NCBI GenBank assembly: GCA_963817955.1
Contig: CAWFQK010000002.1
Span: forward strand, 224,001-288,000
Reading direction: 5' to 3'
From: an uncultured Gemmatimonadaceae bacterium
GTDB lineage: Bacteria > Gemmatimonadota > Gemmatimonadetes > Gemmatimonadales > Gemmatimonadaceae
Length of the DNA stretch: 64,000 nt
The notes under the pieces are model-generated. The model worked only from the letters and a program-made list of their open reading frames with translations, did no database searches and was not told where the DNA came from. A program made the translations under genes and the position numbers. Position 1 is the stretch's first letter. Each line of letters starts with the position of its first letter. Below are positions 48,175 to 58,582 of the stretch, piece after piece.

Positions 48175-50891
48175 TCACGCCTCGGTTCGTAGCGCGACTG
48201 CCGGATCCACACGCGTCGCACGCCAGGCGGGCACCGCCGCGGCAATGCAGGCGACCACAATGAGTACGACGCTGGAGCCGATGATGATCGTCGGGTCGCG
48301 CGGTGAGACGTCGTACAACAGCGGCGTGACCAGGCGGCCGAGTACCAGCGCGAGCACGATGCCGACGCCAATGCCCGTGACCGTAAGCGCGATGCCCGAG
48401 CGGATCACCACCCGTGCCACGTCCGTCGCGCGCGCGCCAAGCGCCATGCGCACGCCAATTTCGTGCGTCCGCCGCGCGGTGCTGTACGTCAAGGCGCTGT
48501 ACACGCCAATGGCCGCCACGAGCAGCGCGAGTCCGGCGAGTGCACTGAAGAGCCAGGCGCCGAGTCGCCACGCGTGGAATCGCGGCGAGAGCATTTCCGA
48601 CATGATGATGATCTGCGGTTTTTGGTCACCACTCCGTCCGCCAGCGATCACCCGGATGGCAGCAGCGACGTCGCCGGTACGGCCAGGCGCAGCACGGACG
48701 GCGATCCACGAGGACCCGAACATGGCGACCGGCGGCGCGCCGACCGGCAGGTAGTACGCCGGCTTGGCTTGCTCGGTTACGGACATGTTCCGGCCGTTCT
48801 CGACGACGCCGACGATCGTATAGCACGGAGTAGTCTTTTTCGTGAATCGTAGGCATTGGCCAATTGCATCGACGCCGGGCCAGAAGATCCGCGCCATCTC
48901 CTCGTTGATCATCACCTCGAAAGGCGCGCGGTCGCCGATGGGTTCCGCGAACACCCGTCCGCGAAGCAGGCGCATGCCCGCGGTCGAGAAGAACGAGGCC
49001 GAAACCGGTGTGACGATCGGGAAAGGCTGGTTTCCATACCGCAGCGAGTCGCCGCTCGTGCGGAACAGGGTCCCGAGGAAGCTGAAGCCCCGCATCGGCG
49101 GATTGCTGACGATGGCCGTGCGCTGCACGTCGGGCAGGCGCCCGAGGCGCGCTTCCAGCTCTCGCGCGTTCGCCATCTCAACGGTGGGTTCGACGCTTGA
49201 AGGCGCGGCGGCCCTCACGAACACGAGCTGGTCGACGTCATAGCCGATTCGCTGCGAGGCGACGTTTTGCAGCGATCGGACAAACAGGCCGGCGCCGATG
49301 ACGAGAACGGCCGCGAGCCCCGACTGCGCAACAACGAGCAGCGAGCGCAGGCGCGACCGCCGTCCCCCACCCTCGCGCGCGCCCGATTTGAGCGCGGCAT
49401 TCAGGTCCGTGCGCGTGGACTGGAGCGCGGGAGCGACGGCGGTTACACACGCCGTCAGCAGCGCGGCAGCGGAGGTGAAGAGGATGATGCGGGCGCCGTG
49501 AACGTCTGGCTGCCAGTGCGCCTCCGGGAGCAGCAGCGCTCGAAGCAGGCCGCTCGCCCACGTTGCCGCCAGGAACGCGCCCGCCGCCGCGAGCGCCGCG
49601 AGCAGAGCGCCGCGAGCAGAGCGCACTCGGCGAACAGCATGCGCGCGAGTCGCGAGCGCGAGATGCCCATGGCGAGGCGCACCGCGATCTCACGCCGCCG
49701 CTCCATGGCTCTCGCGAGCAGGAGGTTCGCGACGTTCGCGCATGCGATCACGAGCACCATCAGCGCGACGACGGCAATGCGGGCGGCGAGAGAGAGTTCC
49801 TGGTCTTGCTTCGCCGGTCCACGCGACTCGATCAGTGAGCCCGGCGCGATGCTGGCGAGCGAATCCGACCGGCGGGCTTCGCGCGCATCGCGGCGGGCTC
49901 CGGTCGTGGCATGCGCCGCAACCTGACGGCTGCTGGTCTCGCGCGCCGGGCGCGCCACTACGCGCAGAAAATACGTGTTGCGCTCCTCGTACCAGGGCGG
50001 TCCCGTCTGCACCGAACTGCGAGCAGAGAACCCTGCGAAGGTGGCCAGCGGTCGCCAGAAGTCCACTTCGTCCAGGTCCACGCCTGTGAAGCCCCTCTCG
50101 GCTACACCGATGATCGTGTTCTGGACGTTGCCCACCCGGAGCTTGCGGCCGATCACGGCGCTGTCGCCGCGGAATCGCCTCTGCCAGTAGTCGTAGCTCA
50201 GCACGAGGGCATATACGGGTTGCGCGAGGCGCTCCTCATCGGGCGCGAACAACCGGCCGAGGGCGGGATGCACGCCGAGCAAGGGGAAATAGCCGGCGTC
50301 CACGAAGGACGAGAACACCTCACCGCCAGAGTCATCGTCGACATTGGTTTTCAAAGGCGGGGCGTAAGCCGTAACGGCGGCAAGCGGGCCGATGGCGTCG
50401 CGAATGGCCCCGTACTTCGGGTAGTTGTACACCGGAATGGCTGGCATGCCGGCGTCGGGATGTTGCGGAATCTCATACAGTCGCAACACACCGTCCGGCT
50501 GCACCACGCCGTCTGGCATCCGGAAGAACACCCGGTCCAGCACCGAAAAGATCGTGGCGTTGGCGCCGAGTCCCGCCGCGAGCGTGAGCACGATGGCGAT
50601 CGTCACGCCTGGCGTTCGGGCGAGCGAGCGCACCCCATACCGCACGTCAGTCAGAAGGTCCTCGATCCAGGCGAGGCGCCGCACGTCACGGTGCCCCTCC
50701 CGCACCTGCTGCACGCCGCCGAAGTGCGCCAGCGCGAGCCGGCGCGCTTCGGCCGCAGGAATCCCGGCGCGCATCTTCTGCTCGGTTTCCATGTCGATGT
50801 GAAACCGGATCTCCTCGTCGAGTGCGGCGTCCGCCATGCGAGGCCTGAGGAGCGCGCTGGCCCTCGCGACTAGCCCACCAAAGGCGCTCAT
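48175..50891 (-). pseudogene. ADOP-type ABC permease frameshifted by a 14-bp tandem duplication
   Basis: 5' half (LDEEIRFH, IACANVANLLLAR) and 3' half in different frames; GAGCGCCGCGAGCA duplicated at 49591-49618. Confidence 0.85.
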
Positions 50892-50892
50892 G

Positions 50893-51090
50893 TCACGCTC
50901 CGCTCGTCGCGAGGATGGATTCGACCGCCTCCACGTAGTGCCGCCAGCTTGCCGTCTCAGCCCCCACGGCTTTGCGGCCCGACGCGGTGAGGCGGTAGTA
51001 CCTGGCGCGCCGATTGTTCTCGCTGGTCCGCCACTCGCTCGCCACCCAGCCCTTCTGCTCCAGCCGCTGGAGCGCCGGATAGAGCGAAGC
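50893..51090 (-). pseudogene. 3' half of a PadR-family regulator (5' end missing)
   Basis: Manual translation [40 protein letters not shown]; not in the ORF track; directly upstream of the ADOP gene. Confidence 0.85.
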
Positions 51091-51600
51091 CTAGGACGCG
51101 GGCAGCGCCGGAAGCGAAGACTGCACTCCGAACGCGTTCCCAAGTCGCGGGTTTTCGCGTGCTTGCTTCAATCCCGTCGTTGCCTCGATGTTCACATCGT
51201 TCATCAGAGCTTGGACATTCAAAGGCGGTAAGTACAATGCACCGTAAAATCCACGACCGCTCAATGCACTGATCGTCTCCCGCGCATAGGGCATGAGAAT
51301 AGACGGCGCGTGGACTTGAACAAATCGCAGAACATCCACGGCCGGACCTTCTCCAACACGCGTGAACACTCCGACGGTCATCACGCGAATTGACTCTGGA
51401 CGCTCGCGCGTCGGCTCGATACCGACTGTGATCGAGACAAGAAATTGTCGATCGTCCATGATCTGCCAATCCCAACCGAAGGTCGCGTGCGCATCGCTGT
51501 TACCACTCAGGAGTTGCTCGCTGTTGCGATGCCCGGTGAAACTCTGCTCCTGCGCAAACACCCTGTCGAGGGTGTAGCCCGACGTAGGCAGTGTGCTCAT
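51091..51600 (-). CDS. SecB-like chaperone of a TAC system
   Basis: beta-rich N-terminus, VGVF, APSILMPYARETISALSGRGFYGALYLPPLNV; ATGA coupling to the antitoxin. Confidence 0.85.
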   Translation of the reverse strand: MSTLPTSGYTLDRVFAQEQSFTGHRNSEQLLSGNSDAHATFGWDWQIMDDRQFLVSITVGIEPTRERPESIRVMTVGVFTRVGEGPAVDVLRFVQVHAPSILMPYARETISALSGRGFYGALYLPPLNVQALMNDVNIEATTGLKQARENPRLGNAFGVQSSLPALPAS

Positions 51601-52205
51601 CCGATTGACTCTCTAAAAGTTCTGCTCTCCGACGAAAGGCGCGTCTCCACCTGCTGCATCGTCGAGGCACGCGCCAGATACGGCTGGATCGGTATGACAT
51701 TCGAACTCGCAACCGGCACGCTATACCCGCGCGGATCGCCCAATGGCACCGTATCCGTCGCTGCCTCGCCGGAATAGGCTGGTGGTAGTTCGACGTTATT
51801 GAGACTCGCCAGATACCGCACGGCACCGGGCACTGCGGCTAACACACGGAGTAACGTCCCAGTTGCGGCGTTCGGAATTACCTGGCCCGACTCCCAACGA
51901 ACATCCGTCTTGGGACCGGTGTTCAGGAGTCTTTCAAACTCCGTTTGAGGAAGACCTAGCCGGATCCGCAAATTTCGAATTTCGAACGGCAGTGGCGGCT
52001 CGCCGTTCTGCCGTGCCACCTCTGACGCTTTCCGATCAGTACCTTCCATTTGCCCAGCGAAATAGTACGTCTCGCCGCACTCGCCGCATCGCACAAACTC
52101 ATCCTCGACAATGACACGCCGACGACCGTACGCGATCTCGCGTGGTTCCCGAACGATTGCGGCTTCGCCAGTGCAGATGGAGCAGATCAAATTTTCACTT
52201 GTCAC
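51597..52205 (-). CDS. mqsA: MqsA-like antitoxin (Zn ribbon + HTH) with C-terminal extension
   Basis: CSIC...CGECGETY, EIRNLRIRLGLPQTEF...RWESG, about 65-70 aa tail. Confidence 0.85.
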   Translation of the reverse strand: MTSENLICSICTGEAAIVREPREIAYGRRRVIVEDEFVRCGECGETYYFAGQMEGTDRKASEVARQNGEPPLPFEIRNLRIRLGLPQTEFERLLNTGPKTDVRWESGQVIPNAATGTLLRVLAAVPGAVRYLASLNNVELPPAYSGEAATDTVPLGDPRGYSVPVASSNVIPIQPYLARASTMQQVETRLSSESRTFRESIG

Positions 52206-52208
52206 GGC

Positions 52209-52547
52209 TTACTTCCGCTTGAATTGAATGACGACGGCGACTGCGCCGTTCGTGAGCTGGAGCTTGATATAGATGCGCGCTCCGAGGTATCCGATGCGAT
52301 AAACGTCCTGCCACAGCCCCTTCGCAGCTGCGACCGGATTGTCAGCCGGCATCGTTTTATGGAAATGAGTCGCAACGTCCAGCTGAGCGATGCAGTCCCT
52401 TATTTGTGGTTCTGAGAACCCGAGGGTCGAGCGCGCCTCATCGGCTGCAAGTCGAGTAATGACGTATTGCCTCGGGTCACCCGACGCGACCTTCGCCTGG
52501 ATAGTCCGCAAATCATACTTCGGCGCCTGTTTGGGTGAGCTAGCCAT
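52209..52547 (-). CDS. mqsR: MqsR-like ribonuclease toxin
   Basis: PKYDL..IQ, ITRLA, FHKTM, WQDVY, IYIKLQ, VVIQFKRK. Confidence 0.85.
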   Translation of the reverse strand: MASSPKQAPKYDLRTIQAKVASGDPRQYVITRLAADEARSTLGFSEPQIRDCIAQLDVATHFHKTMPADNPVAAAKGLWQDVYRIGYLGARIYIKLQLTNGAVAVVIQFKRK

Positions 52548-52864
52548 TGCCAGTCAATGGTAGCATCGTGCTACCTATAAGGCAAGCGACATGCCAGAGT
52601 ATCGGAAGGCAGTCGGGCTGGCTTGAGACACGGCGGTTCTTGCGCTCGCCCGAATCCGCTTCGACGCAGGTGGTGTGCAAGGGCGTATTGCCTGCTGTCG
52701 CCGTGCAGCAGCCACCGCTCTTTCACGGCGCGATAGGTTAAGTTTTCAGTTCGTGTTCGACATCGTCGCGCATGGATTCGCACACGGACGCGAGTTCGAG
52801 ACAATACCGTTGCACTGCCCTGCTGCCGCGCAACACATTGTCCTCGCAAAAGTTGCATCGTTCC

Positions 52865-52937
<73 letters not shown>

Positions 52938-53190
52938 TTTGATGTCAGTCGAATTGAGCAAGTCAGAATGGCGGCCGGATCCCTCGTCAAAAGGTCATCG
53001 AGCGCGACGCCATTTGTGGCCGCCGGCACCTTGTCGCCCCGGCGCGCGTTAGGGAAGCCCCACCGCCGGCGTTCGAGATGCCCGGTTGTCGGCGACCACT
53101 ACGACCGCTCCGTGCCAAATTCACGCCGGTGACCTTGCGACGCGGTAGTCCAGTTGCGAGACTCTGGTCCTGACCCGATCCGGACTCAAT

Positions 53191-54777
53191 ATGCGTCTCA
53201 GCCTCGTTGTCGCCTCGCTCGCCGTTCCGTTCGCCGTCGGAGCCCAGGCTTCCCAGCAGTCCAAACCGACACCGGCGCCCGAGGGGTTCGGCGACGCGTT
53301 CAAGGCTCGGCCCTACGGGAAGGGCTCGATCAAGGTCGGGCCGGAAAAGGGAACCGTCGTCGTCGTGGGCGGCGGATCGATGGGCCCGGAGGTCTACAAG
53401 GCGTTCATCGACGCCGCCGGAGGCCCTGACGCGTTGATCCTCGACGTTCCGAACGCCGGCGGCCAGGATTCGGTGTCTCCCAACGTCGGTGCGCCCTGGC
53501 GTAGCAACGGCGCGAAGAACGTCGTCGTCCTGTTCACCAAGGATCGCAAGATCGCCGACAGCGATTCGTTCACCGCGATCATCAAGAAGGCGGGCGGCGT
53601 GTGGTTCGAGGGCGGGCGGCAGTTCCACATCGTCCAGGACTACGGCGGCACCAAGACCGAAAAAGAGATCATGGCACTGGTCGAGCGCGGCGGCGTGGTC
53701 GGCGGTTCGTCAGCCGGCGCGTCGATCCTCGGCGACTTCATGGTCCGCGGCGCCCCGTCGAACGACAACATGACCATGGATTATCCCGGATATGAGCGTG
53801 CGTTCGGATACCTCAGGAACGTAGGCATTGACCAGCACGTCGTCGCCCGCTCGCGTCTGCCCGACCTCGCCGACTCGATCGTGCCGCGATACAAGGACTT
53901 GCTCGCTATCTCCGAGGACGAGGGCACGGCTTGGGTGATCAAGGGCGACACCGCGAGGATCATCGGACGCAACAAGGCGTTCGCCTACAACGCGAAGGAT
54001 TCGAATGATCCCGGTCTTCCGTTCATCACGCTGCACCCGGGCGACAGGTTCAACCTGAACACCCGCAAGGTGATCAGTCGCGCCATCACGCGGTCGCCGG
54101 TGAAGGAGGACTTCATCAAGTCGATGTTCGCGAAGTACGACGACCCCGCTGCGGGCGGCGCGACTGTTCTCGTCGCCCAGAACGGCGAGGTCTTCATCGA
54201 TCACGCCTTTGGTGTCGCGCAGCAGCCGCGATACATGCCAAAGACCACGCTGCCGCAATTCGACCTCGGCGACATGTCCGCTGTGTTCTCCGAGCTCTGC
54301 GCTTCGATGCCGCCGCAGCGCGGCCGTGGCCCGGCGCAGGCGCCCGATTCCACCGCGGCCGGCGCCGCGACCGCCGGCGCGGGGCGAGGGCGAGGGCGCG
54401 GCGGGCCACCGCCGTCCCTGCTCCAGCAGTGCGTGACGCGGATCTCGGCGGGCATTGGCGCGCACCAGACGTCCGCGCTGGATTCGACCCACGTCCAGTC
54501 GAGCGTCGACGAGATGTATCGACTCGCGCTCATGATGAACCTTCAAAACGCTCAGGCCGACCATTGGTCGGCGGTCTCCTCGACCGCCTGGGTGACCAGC
54601 AGCCACGGCGGCGTCACTCGCCACGCGTCGTACGCCACGGCCGATGGCAAGCGCGGCGCGTTCGTGCTCGTACCCGAGAAGCAGATCTCGATCGTCATTC
54701 TCACCAACGACGCTGGTGCTGACGCCAAGGGCATGGCCGAGAAGATCCTCGACCAGGTGCTGGCGAGCCAGAAATAA
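53191..54777 (+). CDS. Secreted cyanophycinase-like (S51) peptidase fused to a degenerate beta-lactamase-like domain
   Basis: VVGGG, FEGGRQ, GGSSAGA, IDQH; C-terminal VLVAQNGEV...PEKQISIVILTN. Confidence 0.8.
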   Translation: MRLSLVVASLAVPFAVGAQASQQSKPTPAPEGFGDAFKARPYGKGSIKVGPEKGTVVVVGGGSMGPEVYKAFIDAAGGPDALILDVPNAGGQDSVSPNVGAPWRSNGAKNVVVLFTKDRKIADSDSFTAIIKKAGGVWFEGGRQFHIVQDYGGTKTEKEIMALVERGGVVGGSSAGASILGDFMVRGAPSNDNMTMDYPGYERAFGYLRNVGIDQHVVARSRLPDLADSIVPRYKDLLAISEDEGTAWVIKGDTARIIGRNKAFAYNAKDSNDPGLPFITLHPGDRFNLNTRKVISRAITRSPVKEDFIKSMFAKYDDPAAGGATVLVAQNGEVFIDHAFGVAQQPRYMPKTTLPQFDLGDMSAVFSELCASMPPQRGRGPAQAPDSTAAGAATAGAGRGRGRGGPPPSLLQQCVTRISAGIGAHQTSALDSTHVQSSVDEMYRLALMMNLQNAQADHWSAVSSTAWVTSSHGGVTRHASYATADGKRGAFVLVPEKQISIVILTNDAGADAKGMAEKILDQVLASQK

Positions 54778-54917
54778 CGGGTCGGCCTTTATAGTTTTCT
54801 ATTGCTTTGGCGACGTGCACGAAATAGAGATCGGTGCGTACCAGCAACGCCCAGGGTGGCGCCCAATTTCCGACTACCCTTGAGCGCCTCCAATCGGTTG
54901 GCCGGCGGCTTGGTCAG

Positions 54918-55109
54918 ATGACCGAGATCGGCCACCGAGTCTGGCGCTCGGACGACTCATTCGGAACGGCGCTGCACCTCGTTCAACTCGGCGCCACCCC
55001 ACTGGGGGCAAAGCCGCTCAAGGGATTCGGAGGAGCAGGCGTCCGGCGTTTTCGCGTCGCTTCAGAACACCATGCGACCCTGCAAAACAGGGAGGATGGC
55101 CGTGGCTAA
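54918..55109 (+). pseudogene. Internally deleted RelE/ParE (Gp49/DUF891-like) toxin
   Basis: FGTALHLVQLG...AKPLKGFGGAGV followed directly by a C-terminal-like RRFRVASEHHA. Confidence 0.7.
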
Positions 55110-55479
55110 CCGAATGACGAAGAGGAAGAGCGACCCCACGAGCCGTGGCGAGCAACCCGTCACGCCGAGCAGCGGCAACGTATTCGCCGACCTCGACCTT
55201 CCTGACGCCGACGAGTTGTTGGCAAAGGCCGACCTCGTCCACGCAATCCAACAGCTCGTACACGACAGTAAGTTGTCACAACGTGCGGCCGCGACAGTGC
55301 TCGACGTCGCCCAACCAGACTTGTCCAAGCTATTTCGCGGACGACTGGACGGCTTTTCAATCGAGCGACTCGTTCGAATGCTCAACGCTCTCGATCAAGA
55401 CGTGCGAATTGTGGTGCAACCCAAGCCGCGGTCTCGACGTCGAGGAACCGTGCGGACGCTCTTGCGAAAATCGGCATAA
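55102..55479 (+). CDS. XRE (HTH_37/HigA-like) antitoxin
   Basis: SSGNVFADLDLPDA, LSQRAAATVLDVAQPDLSKL, FSIERL; RBS GGAGG. Confidence 0.88.
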   Translation: MANRMTKRKSDPTSRGEQPVTPSSGNVFADLDLPDADELLAKADLVHAIQQLVHDSKLSQRAAATVLDVAQPDLSKLFRGRLDGFSIERLVRMLNALDQDVRIVVQPKPRSRRRGTVRTLLRKSA

Positions 55480-55499
55480 TCCGAGCCTGCGTCACGCCT

Positions 55500-57971
55500 C
55501 TAACTCGCCCGCATCGCCTCCACCGGAACGATCCGCGTAGCCCCCCGCACCGGCAGCAGCGTCGCCAATAACGCAATTATCACCAGCACAACCGCAGTCC
55601 CACCGAGCACCAACGGATCACTGGGGCTCACCTCGAACAGCTGCGACCGCAACACGCGCGTCGTGGCCAGCGCGAGGGCGACTCCGACTGCCGCGCCCGC
55701 GCCGGACACGACTAACGACTCGCCGATCACCAGCCGCGCAATCGCCCCCGGCTGCGCGCCGAGCGCCATGCGGATGCCGATCTCGCGCCGGCGATGGGTC
55801 ACGAGATACGAGATCACACCGTACGTGCCCACGGCGCTCAACGACAGCGCCAGCGCGGCGGAGATGAGGAGCAGGAGCATGGCGAACGAAGTCTGCGCCA
55901 TCGAGGCGGCAACGATCGCCTCCATCGACTGCACGTCGGCGATTGCTGCTCGCGGTTCGAGCTCGCCGAGAACGCGCCGCACCCGCGACACGACTGCCCC
56001 TTGGCTGAGCGTGGGCGCGCGGACGATCAGGTACATCGCGCGAGACGCCGGCCAGTACTTGGTCCCCGCCGGCGCAACGATGGACACGAACGCCTCTTCA
56101 CTCGGCGGCTTCTCGAGGCCGTTTGCGCGCAGATCGCTCGTAATGCCCGTCACCGCGAACGAAGGGTTCCGTGCATTGAACGGCTTGAGGCCGCGGCCCA
56201 CGGCGCCAGTCGTCGGCCAGAATCGTTTGGCAAAAGCGGCGGTGACCACGGCCGGCGATTCGCCGGCGTCGATCGCGGCCCAGGTCGGCCGTGTTCCGCG
56301 CACGCGCATGCCTAGCGCCTCCAGGTAACCGGGCGTCACGCGCTGCCAGGGCATGCAGGCCGACGCGTGATCAAGATCGTCGGCCCCGTCGGCCACGATG
56401 CTGGAGCACCCCTGGTCGCCCGTGAGCGGCAGGCTCTCACCCGCGCCAGCATGCGCTACCCCGGGGATGGTCCCGACGCGCGTCGTGAGCTCGCGCCACA
56501 ACGCGACCACCTGATCGTCCGTCACCTGTCGCGAATACGGCAGCATGACGAGCATCGATTGCGCGCCGGTAGGCTCGAAACCGGGGTCCACGTGCCGGAG
56601 CCGCGAGAAGCTCTTGGCCAGCAGGAGGCCGGCCGAGAGCAGCACCACGCCTAGCGCCACTTGGGCCAGCACCAGGCCACGGCGAGCGAGCTGCCGCGAC
56701 CGCGTGGCGGTGAGTCCGCGACTGCCCTCGCGGAGCGCGCTCACGTCAACCGTGCGCGCCGCCAGCGGCAGCAGCCCGAAGACGACGCCGAGCGCCAGCG
56801 ACACGACGAGACAGAACGCCGCGCTTCGCCAGTCGAGGGTCACCTCCGCCAGCCGCGGCAGCGACTGCGGCGCGATCCGCAGCAGAAAATGCAACAGCAT
56901 CCAGGCGAGCCCGATCGCCGCGGCGCCCGCAGCCAGAGCGAGTAGCAAGCTCTCGCTCACGTAATGCATGGCGAGCTGGCCGCGGCTGGCGCCGAGCGCG
57001 GCGCGTACGGCCGCCTCCTGCTGTCGCGCCTCGATGCGCACCAGGTAGAGATTGGAGACGTTCGCCGCCGCCACGAGAAGTACCACAGCCACACCGCCGA
57101 ACAGGAGCCAGAGGACGCGCGCGATCGAGTCGCCGAGCACGTAGTCGCGCAGGGCGCTCACGTGCATGGCAAAGCCGCTGCGGTCGAGGAAGGCCTTGGG
57201 GTAGACATTGGGGTATTGCGCGATCATCAACGCCTGCACGCGGTCGATGTCGGCGGCAGCGGCGGCAATCGAAACGCCGGGCTTCAGGAGGCCGACGGCG
57301 TGGTGCGTGTGGTTGTTCTGCGGCGGCGCGTTGGGATCGAGGTAGTTGCGCGTCCAGACGTCGGCGCTCGCATCGAGGATGGCTGCGCCGGGGGCGAGCA
57401 CACCGATGATCTCGAGCGAGTTGTCGCCATAGGGAATACGCGCGCCCAGCGCCCGGTCGTCGCCGCCGAATCGGCGTTGCCAGTATTCATATGAGATGAG
57501 CGCCACGCGCGGGTCGCCGTCAGGATTGCGCTCGTCGGCCACGGTAAAGTACCGGCCACGCGCGAGGCGGATGCCGAGCATGCTGAACGTGTTCGCGCTG
57601 ACGTCGAGCTCCGACACGCGCTCGGCGGGGTGCGCGCCGTCGCCGGGAACGAGCAGGATGTCCCGGTCGTAGAGGAGCAGATCCCGGAGCACCCGGCTAT
57701 TCTGGCGGAAGAAGAAGTACTGGCCCTTGGAGAGTGAATATTCCTCGCCCTGCTTGACCTTGGGCCACAGGGTGCCGAGGTGGACGAGGCGGTCGGCGGT
57801 CGGGTACGGGAGCGGCCGCAGCACCACGCGATCGAGCAGCGTGAAGATGGTGGTCGCGGCGCCGAGCCCCAGCGCGAGCGTGAGAATGGCGATGAACGAG
57901 AACGACGGGGCGCGGCGCAGCGCGCGCGATGCCCGGGACATTTCACGCCGCACCAGATCCAGTAAATCCAC
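55500..57971 (-). CDS. ADOP-type duplicated ABC permease
   Basis: TLALGLGAATTIF, AAANVSNL, RRREIGIRMALGA. Confidence 0.9.
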   Translation of the reverse strand: MDLLDLVRREMSRASRALRRAPSFSFIAILTLALGLGAATTIFTLLDRVVLRPLPYPTADRLVHLGTLWPKVKQGEEYSLSKGQYFFFRQNSRVLRDLLLYDRDILLVPGDGAHPAERVSELDVSANTFSMLGIRLARGRYFTVADERNPDGDPRVALISYEYWQRRFGGDDRALGARIPYGDNSLEIIGVLAPGAAILDASADVWTRNYLDPNAPPQNNHTHHAVGLLKPGVSIAAAAADIDRVQALMIAQYPNVYPKAFLDRSGFAMHVSALRDYVLGDSIARVLWLLFGGVAVVLLVAAANVSNLYLVRIEARQQEAAVRAALGASRGQLAMHYVSESLLLALAAGAAAIGLAWMLLHFLLRIAPQSLPRLAEVTLDWRSAAFCLVVSLALGVVFGLLPLAARTVDVSALREGSRGLTATRSRQLARRGLVLAQVALGVVLLSAGLLLAKSFSRLRHVDPGFEPTGAQSMLVMLPYSRQVTDDQVVALWRELTTRVGTIPGVAHAGAGESLPLTGDQGCSSIVADGADDLDHASACMPWQRVTPGYLEALGMRVRGTRPTWAAIDAGESPAVVTAAFAKRFWPTTGAVGRGLKPFNARNPSFAVTGITSDLRANGLEKPPSEEAFVSIVAPAGTKYWPASRAMYLIVRAPTLSQGAVVSRVRRVLGELEPRAAIADVQSMEAIVAASMAQTSFAMLLLLISAALALSLSAVGTYGVISYLVTHRRREIGIRMALGAQPGAIARLVIGESLVVSGAGAAVGVALALATTRVLRSQLFEVSPSDPLVLGGTAVVLVIIALLATLLPVRGATRIVPVEAMRAS

Positions 57972-58110
57972 GGATGCCTCTAGCGTTCAGGGTCGACTCC
58001 ACCTTGGACACGTGCGGCTCAACAATGGTTCGACTTTCAGCGATTCGGCAAGTATGATATATCGGCTTTCGGTCATCAGCGTCAGTTGCTCGGACCACAC
58101 GCATCGCATC

Positions 58111-58572
58111 ATGCCGCTCTTCGATCCATCTCTCTCAACGCGACGCTGGCTCAAGGTCGGCCTTACCGTTGGTGGCGCACTCGCGGGCGCGGCGTTCGGG
58201 CTCGTGCTGACGCGGTTGGGCAAGATTGTCGCGCAAGCACCACCGGCGACGGTCGGCAACTACATCTGGAACGCCACCGTGTTTGGCGTGCTCGCCGGCG
58301 TGATCAGTCCAATCGTCTCTTGGTCGACGCTTCGCCGGGTGCCGTTGTGGCGCACGGTTGTAGAGCCTCTAGCGTACGCCGTTGCCGGTGGCTGTGCGGC
58401 AGTCGTCCTCGGTGTGACCGCGCTAATACTCGTACTCCCACCCGCTGGGCTTGTCCTTGGCTTCGTCCGGCTTCAGCGACGATATCCGCAACGGGACGTG
58501 CTCCCTGCCCTCAACGCTGGCACGATCGGGACAGACTTGGATGCATCTCGACCATCCGGCAACGAACGCTAA
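58111..58572 (+). CDS. Hypothetical membrane protein
   Basis: Several hydrophobic segments. Confidence 0.55.
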   Translation: MPLFDPSLSTRRWLKVGLTVGGALAGAAFGLVLTRLGKIVAQAPPATVGNYIWNATVFGVLAGVISPIVSWSTLRRVPLWRTVVEPLAYAVAGGCAAVVLGVTALILVLPPAGLVLGFVRLQRRYPQRDVLPALNAGTIGTDLDASRPSGNER

Positions 58573-58582
58573 GGACAGTCCA

